The translations under genes and the position numbers were made by a program. A model generated the notes under the pieces. It did no database searches, had not been told where the DNA came from, and saw only the letters and a program-made list of their open reading frames with translations. From Octopus vulgaris (lineage: Eukaryota): 64,000 bases of DNA. The stretch lies in assembly GCA_951406725.2 (NCBI GenBank), contig OX597821.1, positions 78,120,001 to 78,184,000 on the forward strand. The letters run 5' to 3'. Shown here piece after piece: positions 26,190 through 40,619 of the stretch (the first letter of the stretch is position 1; each line of letters starts with the position of its first letter).

Positions 26190-26738
26190 CATTAGGGATG
26201 CCTAAAAGTAATATTGCATTTCATATAATGTCATCAAATATGCATAACACGTATCGTCAACATATTTATTCAAAATATTATCGCCCTAGTTAACACATAT
26301 GTTTTCTTATTTCAAAATTAGTTTCCAGGTTCCACGGGCAAAACCATCAGGTTCTTCAGAAGAAAACAGAATGTGTAAAGTGCTATTTCGATATCATCCC
26401 TGAATATGAATGATTTTTTTCTGGTAGCGTGTACATGTATTAGGAATATGTAAAAATCTGATTGTGCTAGGTGTGAATTTGTTAAAACACGTTTAGCGTT
26501 TCAGAAATCTCACATCATCAGACTATACAGTATACAGGTTTCCCTTTGCGCATGTTGCATTACAGCCCTTAAAAAGTTCACGAAGCATGCTGTCAGACAG
26601 GACAAATGCACACGCAGCGCGTGTCCACACGAACATTTGTTCATTAATTCTATGCTGATAGGTTGATAGTAACTATTTGTGGTATGACGTCAGACTATTT
26701 ATTTGAAAATACGACATTGCATTTGGCACCCATAATAT
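26190..26738. mobile_element. Mariner-derived non-autonomous element
   Basis: Imperfect ~35-bp TIRs (attagggatgcctaaaagtaatattgc and gacattgcatttggcacccataat). Confidence 0.5.
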
Positions 26739-26849
26739 AGCCAGCGATCCATCCATCCATCCATCCATCTATCCATCCATCCATCCATCCATCTATTCAC
26801 CCATCAATCTTGATGGGGTTAGAATCCTTAGGTATCTCTCCCATAAAAT

Positions 26850-29560
26850 CTTTTTAGAGGCAACGACCATTAGACAATCTGGTAAGATTCCCAAGAATGA
26901 ACAACTGACACTATCGATATTGACAAATCCTGTCGGTTGATCCGGCTTAAAGAATCCTTCTTGTGATTTATTCCTGTGATATTCACAACACTGACGCTGT
27001 GACCTTTCAATTCAGAAAGGTAGCAGGTCGACCTGAAGAGAAACCCTTTCTGCCGCCGAATAACGTTTATCCAAATGTCCTTAAAAAAACCTCATTTCGG
27101 CTGCTTGTATTCGCAATCGTAGCGTGTTTGGCTTGCTGATTTACCTCTCCTCTTCTAAGGATCGAATACCAGAGCCGACCCATTACTCTACCATTGTAGC
27201 ACTCAATTCAGCCTCCTACTTGTCATCATTCGTAAATACAGCTCCAAGATGCTCGTTCCACTAACATATGCACAGTGCACTTGAAGACTTTCTCGAGAAT
27301 TCCAGTGTCACAGTCTCCCTAACACTTGCTCTCATTTCCGCCTTACAGCATTTAGCAGTGAACCTATTCACTGCATGTTGGAGCTCACCTCCTGCTGAGC
27401 CAAGCTTCAAAATGTCTTCTATAAATATCAGCCGACCGATCCTCCACGCACAGGTTGTGTTACATACACATCCACAAGTAACGTGTGTCAATCCATTCAT
27501 AAAAATTATGGAAAGGAGGGGGTGCCTATGCATATTCCTGCCAAAATCCATCTTCCTATGTTGAACAGTTTCCATTTAGCACCCGTTGACCGAACACAGA
27601 CATCTGGGAATTCGTATAGGAACTTCACCGCACTCCGTACACAAATTCCTGAAAAATATTCCACAACATATCCTGCGACGCACGTTCATTGAGGTCTATA
27701 ATGCGTGCGTCTTGGTAATATTCTCACGATCTCTCTGATACTCGTCATAAAGTGACACTTGATCAGTTGTGAGGTGTCCAGGATGGAGGCCACATTTTTC
27801 TTCAACGGCCTTATGCTCGACAATTTCCATTCTTTTGTTTTTCAGTCACTTAGGACAAATTTTTACCGGGGAAGCTAAACAAGAAGATCCCTTTAAAAAT
27901 AGTGCACACACTCTCTCTCTCCTGCTTTAACAAATGGGATTAATATTCGGATTGCTTTGATGTCTTCCTTGATGTTTATGTCAGCTGGGATACACGAATC
28001 AACCAGAAAATAGCTCTTCTATAAAAAGCGTTTAACATCTCATGTCGAAGTTCATGCCCTCCATCAGATTTGTCTCATTCGAGCACCTTAGCTGCTTCTA
28101 TGACTTCAGTATCTGTGAGGTTTAGTCTTCGCCCATAAATACATGTGAACCAGGAGATTTTATTGTGATTAGTAAAGTATTTCCTCCATCTCGTCTCTGT
28201 AGAGAGAAAAACTACAGCAGAATTCTTAATGGAAGGTATAGAAGAGGAATTTTCGTTACGAAGACAGCAGATGCTCTGCCACAATACTTTACTGGGCATT
28301 CTAAAGTTAGAATGCAGCTTAACACTAAAGTCCTCACATGGTTTATCCTTCTTCGTTTGTATTTTCTCTGGTGGAACTTTTCGCAACTTGCTGTATCGCC
28401 TGCGCAAAAGAGAAGACTTGTTTCCGAAGCCAAGCTTTATAAACGTCCTTCTTTGCTCAGATGAAATCTTTAACTTCTTGGTATAACCAGAATGTTCCTT
28501 TAGAATCTGGTGCCACACAGAGACGCTTTCGTCCACAGAATTGTTCAACAGAAGAAACTGCCGAACAAAACAAACTCCACTCCGTTTTGACCTGCTCAAT
28601 TTGTACCGGAATGACTTTGAATTACGATGCTAACGTACCCGCATATTTGTTCCCGATCTTATCATCTGCCAAGGCTTCTCACTTAATCCGGTAAGTCTTA
28701 CTTGAATTGTCGGTTTTGTGAGTTCTTCTGGTCATAGACAGTCTCAATTTGCAGACACCTGCGTGAGGATCAGTTGATAGCTCCGCTCTTGCCTTTACCT
28801 GAACGTCCATCATAGTCTCAAAAGACGTTCAAAACGATAACAAGATTTGTCGTTGGCATCTCTCTCGAAGTATTCATATACCAGATATACTTATATAGGA
28901 GACCCCATTTCCAGTTGAAATTACATTTAATGCTGCGGTGACTTCATCAAGTAAAGGTCTGTAAATGGTCTTACTCTTTGGTGAATATCCTGTAAAAGCC
29001 ACAGCGGCTCTTCTTTCAGCCTAATTTTCAGGAGACAAACTTTCCCACCTAATGGGATCCACTGCATAACACAACTCAACAGTCCGCACCTGAAAGTATC
29101 CCCACCCCAACAAGCGCAGAGGTAGTTGGCACCACCCCTGACTAGGGAAATTTCCACCCTCTATCCAAATCTACAGTGCCAGATCCACGGAACCTAGCAG
29201 AAGAGACACCAACTACATGTAGCGAGTAGCGTTTAACCTCCTCCTCTAATCCTTACTCTTTTATGATAAGAGTTGTAACATTCCAAATCCCAATCATTAA
29301 CGTTTGTTTCCTCTGGGACCCACTTCGGCATGTTGGGGCACGCATCCCTTCTACTCTCACCCCACACCTCTCAGCACGATTTGAAGATTTAATACTGATT
29401 GTTTCAGCATTCGGTGAAGACTCAACATACGTCTCGAACGAACTCCTCTACCTAAGATCTGAACGCTTCCTTTTAACATTCACGATGGACAATGCGGTAT
29501 TCTACCGAACCCTTTTCTCGTTGCAAATTTGGTGGTCTTATGAGAGCCAGGTACCAATTT
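26850..29560 (-). mobile_element. Degenerate RTE-clade (Expander/Rex3-like) LINE
   Basis: Minus strand MDVQVKARAELSTDP (the RTE endonuclease 'RGAELSTDH' motif), RWRKYF, and RT region LLSIIFM...LQHAVNRFTAKC; many stops. Confidence 0.75.
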
Positions 29561-29886
29561 GGAATTACTATTCGACGTGCGAATTAACATGTATACATAT
29601 GTATGTAATCCAAAAGTAGCTTGTATAAAAAATAATTAGTATTCAAATATGAATACTTTTCCATACACACACACACGGACTCACACACACACACACAAAC
29701 ACATAGACACACGCACACCCACACTCATACAGACATACACACATACATACCTACATCCTATTCGAACACATACACACATATATTTACTTCGTTTTGTATT
29801 TGGTTTTCACGATTCCGCATGTGAATCCGTGAGCTGAAACAAACTTCGTTGTATTAAAGCACTCTGACTCTCCCCAGACAAATGTA

Positions 29887-30192
<306 letters not shown>

Positions 30193-30419
30193 TGTGTACA
30201 AAACATACAGACATACAGTTATATGCATTCACAAACAGGATGATACATTTTACATACCCATGTAATACCTACTAAGTGTGTACTTTCCATTCTCCATTTT
30301 GGCTTCCATCCAGTAACCATAGCTCAAAGTGTTTCCAAAATCCATGTGATAATACGGTGTTGTGATACTGCAATTGATAAATTTAATAAGGATTATCATA
30401 ATGAAAACTTGAACGACTA

Positions 30420-31657
30420 TACAAAGACATGACACCCCATAAAACATAAAACAAGCAAATAGACACCCCATAAAACATAGTTTGATGTTTATTTCAACTT
30501 AAAAAGGTATATTTTTTTTGTTAATTGACATTTTTGTGACTCAGTTTCTGTTTGTCACTGCCTATCATGCCACGTACAAAAGAAACCTTAGAACTGTCCG
30601 AATTTCAAAGAGGCCATATTGCCAGTCTATCTGTAGGTGGACTTCACCAGCATAAAGTCGCAGAAAACTTCGTGGTCCCACTTTCTACAGTGAATATAGT
30701 GATCGCACAATTCCCCAGAGAAGGGAAGGAGTACCCACTACCTCGTCCAGGTCGACCAGGACATTCTGACAGGGCCCTTTCCTTTATTAAGGAACTCCTC
30801 GTTACAACGAATCTGACATAGCAGAACAATTTGATGTCAGTCTCAGAACAGCTGCCAGGTGTCTTCACAAACTTGGTTACAATGAAAAAGCAGCAAGGAG
30901 AAAGCCACTTTTTAAAGACGCCAATATCAAGTGGAGAAGATTGGGCCAGTGAGATGGTAGAGAAGGCACTAGCATTTTGGGACATTGTCATATTCTCTGA
31001 TGAGTTCAGGTTTGCTGCTTTTTCAGACAGTGATCGAGTGTTTGTCTGGAGATTCTGTAGTTAAGAATTCGATGTGAAGAGATTGCAATTAACAATCTGA
31101 TGGTCTGGGGAGCAATTTATAGTAATGGTTGAACAGAGCTATTGGAGTGTAAGGGAAACATAAACTCAAATAAATATGTATCCATATTGTCGAAGTCATT
31201 CCTCTCAATCTTCTCCAGTGGTAAAATGATTAAAGGTGATGCTCTAGTTATCGAAGATGGGGTTCCTTGTCACACGGTTAAAAAGACCCAAGATCGGTTG
31301 GAAGAGAATGGCCTTAAGAAGCTTCCACAGCCAAGCTAGACATCAGATATGAATCCTATTGAATGCAATTGGGGCATAATGGACGAGATACTTCGTAAAA
31401 AGAACAAAAAGGCATGCTCGCAGCCGGATCTTCTGAGATTACTGCACGTAACGTGGCAAGAAATTCATGAAGAGAATATTAATCTAAACAATAACATTCC
31501 TAATAGGCTTCTTGCATTGAAAAATGCCAAGGGCATGTCTATTAAATATTAGAAATTCATATTATAAGAATCAATACATAATTTGAATATATAATTTTAG
31601 ATTTAAATAAATTTTAATGATTATATGGGTGCCTGTTTACTTCTGCCATGTCTGTGT
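30420..31657 (+). mobile_element. Tc1-like element with disrupted transposase
   Basis: MPRTKETLELSEFQRG...RPGRP, VIFSDEFRF, EDGVPCH and MNPIE motifs; imperfect TIRs (ca.agacatg...cacccc). Confidence 0.85.
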
Positions 31658-32654
31658 TTTTACGACAATCAGTTCTGCTTAATTAAATTGATGGGTTTAC
31701 TTTTTCACTATTGAATTAGCAAGTGTCACATAGCCCGTTTGTTATTCATGATATTGAACGTATAAAAACGTGTAATTTGGATAAATCAGATCTTGTTATT
31801 TGACTTCAGTTCAGCTGAGATCAAAAAGGTCAATGACCAAAAGCTTTCCAACAATGACAAACCAATAATATTTTTTTGATAGAAAGAATGTATGTAGAAT
31901 CACTTCGACTGATAATAGTAAAGTGTAATTGGATTGGAAAAACAATTCAGAATATTTTAGAAAATAAGACACTTGTTTTGGAATCGCGTAATCTTTGAAA
32001 CCCTAAAATAATGTCTTTCGTCCTCTCTCCAAATTTTAGTTCTTGTACTTATCTTAGAAATAATTTTAGAAGGACAGTAGTTTAGCATTTGGAATGGCCT
32101 GTGTGGAGTGGCAAAATCGTTAGACCATCGGAAAATATGCCTACGTGTATTGCTTTCAGCTCTTTATGTCCTGAGTTCAAATTTACCCCCAGAATCGATA
32201 GATTAATGCAACACTGGAAATGATGTATTACATTATGCCCTCACAAAATCCTTGGCTTTGTCCTTAAATTAGAACCGATTGTTGTTGATATTTCTTTGAT
32301 AGTTTCATGCAAGTTTCAATTGCGCCGTTTCTTGCAACTCCGTGTTTCTGAAATGTGTGTAGCATTTTCTGTGTTCTCATTTTTATATGGGATGGAGGGG
32401 TATAGATCTAACCTGTCAGAATAGTGCATGGGTTTGTTTTGCTGCGGAGTTCAGCCTGTTGTTTCACGTGATATATTAGCGTTTGATGATTTCTTGTGTA
32501 GTGTATGGAATATGGGTTGTGTTACTTTATTAGGCATTAATCTTATAAAGTATATATTGCGCGAGTTGTACTGTTTTATTTTATTAGGTGCTTATTTTAT
32601 AGATTGTATTGTGTGTTTGAAGATTGTTCTATTTGGACTGTGCTGTTGAATTAA

Positions 32655-32930
32655 TAATGCTTCGTGCAGGATGCAGGATGATCCTATAGATTTGGACAAT
32701 GTGAAGAGCTGTTAGTCTTGATATGGCTTCTATGTTTATATTTTGTGTCATACCAAATAATTTCCAAATATTATTGGTGTGGTTTTCACTTTGAAGCCCC
32801 ACATCTTAAATATTTCTATTTGAAGATCCTTTCTTTTTGACAGTTTTCTACTTCTTTTATGATAATATTTCAGTCAAAAAGGTTTCCAGTTGATGATCTT
32901 TCCTCTGTTACTCCTCATATCATACTCCTA
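32655..32930 (-). mobile_element. Degenerate RLE-type (R4-like) LINE 3' fragment
   Basis: Minus strand DLQIEIFKMWG..TTPII..GSSCILH parallels DLEIEVTRMW..TIPII..GTAHIL at 44440-44620. Confidence 0.5.
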
Positions 32931-33697
32931 GTGGGACTCGCTATTGTCCCTGAATACAAGACCACTTTGAGAAATCCCCAAATAACGAAGATTAAGATTA
33001 AAACTAGCAGGTCACATACTTCGACTACCAGAATTACACATTCTAAATTAGCTTTAGAGAAAAAAAAATCTACATGATGCAGAACATTCATAACCGAAAT
33101 GAGAGATGTTAATATAAAATGGCCAGATGCAGAGTAAATTGCAGCCAACAAAAGCCAGTGGCATCAACCTGCTGCATTTGAGAATAGAAGCGGAATAATA
33201 ATGATGCTGATGCTGAGAAGGATATCTGGTCAATGGTGTTCATTCCTCTCTGTTTGGAAGTCAAAAATCCTATAGAAGATTTTGGTTTGCCATATCCATA
33301 ATGAACCTTTTGTAGTTCCTGATTGTACCTTTTGTCTGAGGTGTTATGTCCCTATAATAATTTTGCAGGTAAATATAAACCTTATGACGTCGGGGAAACA
33401 AAGCTTGCTAAGATATAATTATTATTGTCCATTTGCTGATAATATAAGCGGCCCTTACCCGTTGAAAATATGGAATAAATATCCAGAATCAGCTAAATTA
33501 ATACTGGAAGCTTTAACTTGAGCAACCATCAACGGACTTTAATTTCCTATTTGTAAATCTCCATTCTACGATGAGTCATGATTTTCGCAAACTTGGTTTC
33601 TCAGTGGAACCCTCTGTGTAAAAGCATTCCTTCTAACATTTGCGTTGTCACAAATTCTAGTTCTGTTACAACATTAGTATTTGTATTTTGTTGTGGT

Positions 33698-33771
<74 letters not shown>

Positions 33772-34385
33772 AAACAATGAATGTAAGAAACGGCAAGGTG
33801 CCAAATAATGCAACTGGTGATAGTTTCTTTCCTTAACGTATTGAGTTCAAATCCTAGCAAGCCAACACTTGCCTCTCATTATTTCAGGGTCGTTAAATTG
33901 ATACCAGTTAATTAGTGAAATCAATAGAATTGCTTTCTCTCTTCCCTCAAAATAAGAGATTATTCTTTGACTGCGAGAAATCATTATTATTATCACGAAA
34001 ACATTAAAGCGGTTAACACAAATAAGGAGAAAATATATACTCATTGTTGGATGTAAACTTCCTTTTATAGTTGTTATTTTTATTGAAAGAAATGAACTTC
34101 TCATTCCGGTAGAACGATGTAGCATTTGTCCCTGTTCCATTGAATGTGTATATGTACTGTCCGCCAAACGTAAATTCCACCTGCAAATGAAAAGTTGACA
34201 AGGATTTATAAAGAATGTAAGAGAGTGAGAGAGGAGTGAGTAGCAGAAAGAGAAAGAAGATAAGGATGAGTTATAAGGAGAAAGAAGGCGGGTGAGGAAG
34301 AGAGGGAAAGAGAAAAGTCAGGAAAAGTGAGACAGAGAGTAAGAAAATCTCAGAACAAAAGAGAAAAAAGAATAGAGAAGTCAGG

Positions 34386-34481
<96 letters not shown>

Positions 34482-34568
34482 GATAGTGATAGACAGAGAG
34501 AAAAAGTGAAGCGAAAGTGAAAGGGTAAAATATGTGTTTGTGTTCGTATATATATATATATATATTAT

Positions 34569-34626
<58 letters not shown>

Positions 34627-36445
34627 CTTATATAATTTGTGTGTATGTCGAGAAATAGAGAAAGAGAGAGTTCGATAAAGAAAGATCTGAGAGAGCACAA
34701 TTGTGATTGAAATGCACGATAAAGGAAGCGAAAGTTTTTGGGTTTAGGAAAAAATATTCGTGATTTACAAGGCATTGGACTACGTATTGAGATTTCGATA
34801 TTTTTGCAAAAGTTCTGTTACATCTTTGAAGAGTACAAAATCAGGACAAATTCAGAACAGAAACAAAACCAAAGGCAAAATCAGCAAGTAACAATTCCAC
34901 CTCAATGTAACGTTGATCTTCGATAAGTTCTATCTAAATTTCACTCATCCAGCAATTCTTGTGAAAATGCGAAACAAAACAGTTCTCATCTCTGAGCCAC
35001 AATCATATCTTCATCTCCATCTCCCTTTCTGTAACCCGCGTTTACTAAACTTTATATACCTAAACTTATAACCACTCACAATACCCATTTCGATCTTAGA
35101 ATAGCGGTTCAAATATCTTGTTATTGCGCTTGAAAGTAATTATTCCACGTTGATCCAAGTTCACTTGCTCTTTCAGCGCTCTTCAAACTCCTTAAATCAC
35201 CTCTCTTATTTGTTTCAGTTTTCGAAATTCCTTTTACAGCTTTTATTCTTTCTACGCCAACACCCCGGTTGAGAGATTGAACACTTCGTCATTTGGATCT
35301 TTCAACACCAGTTTATTTCATAGCCTATTAATATTTCTATCTCAACACCGTATCAATTTCCAAATAATCTTGGTTATGTTGCTGATTATGAACTCGCCGA
35401 ATCTTATGGCAGGACGTTTGGCTCAATATTTCATCATCTTTGGAATGATGAAAGGAAACGTCGACCTCGGAGGTGGAGCCTAGTGAGAATTTTCTTCAAG
35501 TCCAGAGTAGCTTATCCCATTCAAAAGGAACATAAATAAAACCAACAGCATTAATTACAACACCTTTGCTATATCGACAGGGGTATGTAAAAATCATATA
35601 TCCCAAGAGATAGGAAACTGAGAAATTGTTATTTATATGTAAATCATTTTGAAATTTCCAAATTGCATTACCTTTTTAATAGACAAATTCCCCCAGTATA
35701 AATAAATAGGACTTCTTTCAAATGAGTATCCGGTCATGTGATATACTTTCTGCAACTTTTTGCCTGAAACAACCAGAAATGGATATCAATGAGTTATATG
35801 TAAGTGCACAGACAGAGTGTTGCAAAAGCGTTATCAAGATATTAAAGGGAACATTTAGCACAGTGAAAATTAACTGATCTGCTCCATCAATGTTGGATTG
35901 GATATGCAAGGAAAACGTCAGAACGTTATTATTGTTGATATTATTTCGTACCAGGTGAACCTTGATTGGGGAGACCTGTAAGGAAAGGTCTTGCAGTTAT
36001 GTTTTGGGCATTTCGTTAAAAGCTGAGCTCACCTGAATAAAAGTAGTTGATTTGAAAGCAGAAATCTTACAAATAATTTACTGACTTAGCTACCTACTGT
36101 ATTATTTTTTGAGAACTTTAAGCGTTTTAAAGTTAAGCAAAGCAAAACGGCAGTTCCCACGATATTCCTATAGATTGTCGTAGGCTACTGAAATTTGATG
36201 CGGTCGATGTAAAGTTTGGATATCAGTAGGTTGATGTCGATCGTAATAATGCGTACAGAGAAAGATTTACAGAATACTGTCAGTTCTGGGTAGGAATGAA
36301 TGGACGAAGTAATCAGTGAGCATCTGATATGGAGTAGGGCCAGACATGAAGAATAAGTCTGAAAGTAGGAGGATGTTCAATTAGTAAATCATAGACGCAG
36401 AGACGGCTATAGTAAGGACATAGGATATTATTATTACTGCCCTTA

Positions 36446-36660
36446 AGGCGGCGAGCTGGCAGAATTGTTAGCACACCGGGTAAAATGCTTAGCAGCATTT
36501 CAATCATCTTTACGTTCTGAATTCAAATTCTGCCGAGGTCAACATAGCCTTTCATCCATTCAGGGTCAATAAAATAAGTACCGGTGAACACTGAAGTCGA
36601 TATAATCGATTTATCCCCTTCTCTGAAATTGCTGGCCTTATGCCAACATTTGAATCGATT
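36446..36660 (+). mobile_element. SINE family 'B'
   Basis: aaggcggcgagctggcagaa head and body matching the 8529 copy. Confidence 0.8.
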
Positions 36661-37309
36661 TTTATAACTGCTCTGCTTCAAGATAAAGTGGAAAATAGTT
36701 GAAAAATCCATACCATGTGTTAATGGATAAAACAAATATACGCTATGCAGAGCTGAAAGAACTCAAATTCTTTTCAGATCTAAGAACTCTAACACTGCTG
36801 AATTCTAGATTCTAAATTTTCAGTGATTTTAAGTATGTGGCTAAGTTCCTGTTGACAAATTGGAAAGTGCTACCCTATCCAGATTGAAGAACTACCGCAG
36901 ACTCTAGGCCGCTATCTTTCCAGTCTTATATTTTACGGTCAAAAGGGAGATAATTTTAATTCTCCTCCCGGTTGCTTCTTTCTGCTTTCCTTTACGTTTT
37001 TATGCTTTTCACCTTTCCACCTTTATATCTACTTCTTTCTCACTTTTCTCGTTTTTTCTCTCATCTTGTCCTATTTACAGCTTGTTATACCAAAATGGGC
37101 AGTGCCTGAAGATTGCGCGGAGACACCAGATGTATTAAAAATACTATCTGGCATGCTTTCATCGCATGAAGTTAATAGTAGCACATAAACACACACACAC
37201 GTGCTTGCATACATACACCGATGTATTTTTAATAGAGGTAGTATTCGTTACTAAGCACTATATGATCGTAACTATATTTTCGTGTGGGGAAAATATATAT
37301 CCTGCTAAT

Positions 37310-37335
37310 CTACATTGTCTCCCATTTGAAGTAAA
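37310..37335 (-). CDS. Candidate terminal exon of the PAN-domain gene (V)YFKWETM*
   Basis: Acceptor aacttctttcag, phase 1 compatible, in-frame TAG. Speculative. Confidence 0.25.
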
Positions 37336-38216
37336 CTGAAAGAAGTTTATTGTTTGGTTATATATAACATGCAGTTATATAATCAAATATTGTTACATAC
37401 AAAATGAAAGTGATGCGAAGCATTGCTATTAAATATGTGAATATTTCATAGCAATGTAATCTGAGTGTTACTTCTGTTGAAAAACATTTATATTTACAGC
37501 TGTTAAAGCGATGAAATATTAATTCTTAGTAGAAAGTATGCAAAGCATGTTACATTTGAAAATGTAAAATTTAAAGCAGACAGCTTTAAGATGAAATAAC
37601 GTGCATTTAATATCTAAAAGAGCAATGATGAATATTAAGTGAAAAAAAATACAATCAAATATAAATTGTAATGATAATAAGAGCGAACCCTACTACCGAA
37701 AAGGTTTCAACACGAAACGTTGTCAGCAAATGAATACATTTAGCATAATAAATACTTATTTTTTCTTTAGCAAGTACACTATTGACGGTGACGTAGAAGT
37801 TTCGGCTGGCTAAGAAATCATCAGAGAGTGATGGCGTCAGTAATCAGAATTTCGATGTCACTCTCAACTCTATTCTTGTTAAAGGATAAAACACACATAC
37901 ACGCACACTCACACACATATATAAATACACAAACACCAACACACACACATAAACACACACCACACGCGCACATACATATACCACACCACACACAAACACA
38001 TATCACACACACGCACATGCACATACACATAAACATACCACTCACACATACATATATCACACACGTGCACACATACACATACACACATCACACACGCACA
38101 CACGCCATTATGCCTGACCGTTTAATAATGCTGATTGGTGAACCAGTCTTTTGAGGTTGCACCAAACTGTACTGATATAATGTAGGATAAATATAATAAA
38201 AATAACAAAATCAACG

Positions 38217-38815
38217 AATGGAATTTACAAACATTTAATGCATCATTACGCACGTTTCCACAAATCACATGTCTATTAAGATCCCAGTCCGTATTCCTGG
38301 GATGATTACAGTGTAGTCCGGAGTAACCGTGGGCATCGGGTTGATCCTATTCATGGAGTCATTTCTTCGGACGATATAACATTAATGGATCTTCAACAAA
38401 GGGGTGTTTATCTCTTTTGACCAGCATGAAGACTGAGTGGGCATTTCTGTGTGTATTTGGTAGGGAAGTAGAAAGAGAGGAAGGAATGGTAGTTATATGG
38501 GAATGGAGATGTGTGTGGTGGTGTTGGACTTGTTTTTGCTTTTCATTCAGCGGATGTCAAGGATGGGTTGTACATTCTTTTGTTTGATCTCACTCAAGCT
38601 TCATACTGGTCAAAAAGGGATGAGCATCCCTCTCTTGTACGTTCATTAATGTCACATTGCCTAAAGAAATGAATCCCTGAAGATGATCAACCCGATGCCC
38701 ATGGATACTACGGACTACGCTGTAATCATCCCAGGTATACGGACTGTGATCTTATGAGAAACATGATATTTCGAAACTCGCGTATCGATGCATTAAATGC
38801 TCATAAATTCCATCC
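38217..38815. repeat. ~175-bp inverted repeat pair (inverted PLE pseudo-LTR or MITE)
   Basis: 38217-38390 is the diverged reverse complement of 38642-38815. Confidence 0.8.
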
Positions 38816-38835
38816 AAGGATTATCATTATTATTA

Positions 38836-38950
<115 letters not shown>

Positions 38951-39105
38951 CATCATCAATAATGTTAATACGCCAACTTGTCTTGTGCATCAGTACCTTT
39001 GGTTGGTGTGTGCCAGACTTACCTCAAGGGAAGAAGTGAGTGGCAAAGCGGGAGAGAAGAGGACAGACAGGAAGTTAGAGAGATAGAGAGAACGAGAGTG
39101 TATAT

Positions 39106-39178
<73 letters not shown>

Positions 39179-39241
39179 ACATCCATACACACTCATATAT
39201 TTATACGTATACTGTATGTATATATGTATATATATAACGTT

Positions 39242-39632
39242 CGTGGAGGCGCAATGGCCCAGTGGTTAGGGCATCGGACTCGCGGTCGTAGGATCGCGGT
39301 TTCGATTCCCAGACCGGGCGTTGTGAGTGTTTATTGAGCGAAAACACCTAAAGCTCCACGAGGCTCCGGCAGGGATGGTGGTGATCCCTGCTGTACTCTT
39401 TCACCACAACCTTCTCTCACTCTTACTTCCTGTTTCTGTTGTACCTGTATTTCAAAGGGCCGGCCTTGTCACTCTCTGTGTCACGCTGAATATCCCCGAG
39501 AATTACGTTAAGGGTACACGTGTCCGTGGAGTGCTCAGCCACTTACACGTTAATTTCACGAGCGGGCTGTTCCGTTGATCGGATCAACCGGAACCCTCGT
39601 CGTCGTAACCGACGGAGTGCTTCCCCTCCCCC
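39242..39632 (+). mobile_element. Full-length tRNA-derived SINE family 'C' (OR-like) with TSD
   Basis: A box tggcccagtgg, B box ggtttcgattcc; 12-bp TSD atatataacgtt at 39230-39241 and 39633-39644. Confidence 0.9.
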
Positions 39633-39704
39633 ATATATAACGTTAGATAAGTAATGGAAATATAACAAACATTACATAGGTCAAAGAAAATATATTTTAC
39701 GTAC

Positions 39705-40034
39705 CGTCTTCATTGAATAGAATATACGATGAACAATCGCAATCGTAATCTTCAAGTCTTTCGTTGTAAATCGCTGGATACATGTGACATGCTCCATTAC
39801 AATAGCTGAAATATCCACACTCAGCGTGTGATATACACTGAATTGCACACTGGGTACGAGATGCCGTCGTCTCAGTTATTTTATATTTGTCAAGTAAGCA
39901 TTTTGATTTAGTAAGTCTTTTGAAATGACTTTCTTTATACACTGAGTTGCATCTTATCTGAGTCACAAAAAATAGTAGTGTGTAAGCTTGCAGCACTCTG
40001 AGGACCAAGTGATATTGAATTGACGTTTCCACTC
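39705..40034 (-). CDS. Main exon of a secreted PAN/Apple-like domain protein
   Basis: Open 330-nt phase 1-1 exon (tttttcag| ... G|gtacgt). Hydrophobic signal-like LVLRVLQAYTLLFFV is followed by the PAN pattern CAIQC-x5-CGYFSY-x4-CHMY. Confidence 0.75.
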
Positions 40035-40213
40035 CTGAAAAATATACATATACATACACATAATTACACATATCTGTATATAACTATATGTACATGTATA
40101 TATGTTACTATGAGTGTGTATTAGTATGTGTGTGTGTTGTGTCAGTGTGTCAGTGTGTGCCTGCGTGTGGTTTATATATAATATAATATATATAATATAA
40201 TATATATATGTAT

Positions 40214-40273
<60 letters not shown>

Positions 40274-40284
40274 TATTCATATAT

Positions 40285-40490
40285 GTGACCGCGTGTGTAC
40301 CTTTGGCGATTTTTTCCCTCCGTATTCCCTTCCTTGGATCTTTCCCTTTTCTATGTTTCTGACGAAGAGCTCCGCTCGAAACGTTAAATCTTCTTTCTTT
40401 CCTTTCCCGAGCGCCCTATAACACTGTACTTGTTCCTTGTCCTCGCGTTGTTGTGTTTTCTATTTGAGTTTTAATGCTTGGATTAACTAT
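40285..40490 (+). mobile_element. Short PLE-derived non-autonomous element with hammerhead
   Basis: Contains gttt-CTGACGA-a-GAGC tcc GCTC-GAAA-CG-TT-aaat at 40355-40389. Confidence 0.65.
40355..40389 (+). ncRNA. Minimal type I hammerhead ribozyme
   Basis: Canonical CUGAcGA and GAAA boxes, 4-bp stem II, palindromic aacgtt helix III, GUU triplet. Confidence 0.65.
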
Positions 40491-40498
40491 ATATATAC

Positions 40499-40572
<74 letters not shown>

Positions 40573-40619
40573 TTATAATAATGATAATAATAATAATAAT
40601 AATAATCATAATAATAATA

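Noticed and set aside
35710-35880. Short Cys-containing plus-strand frame
   Set aside because: Under 60 codons, with no convincing splice sites or motif.
39245-39320. tRNA-like sequence
   Set aside because: It is the head of a SINE with body, tail and TSD, not a tRNA gene.
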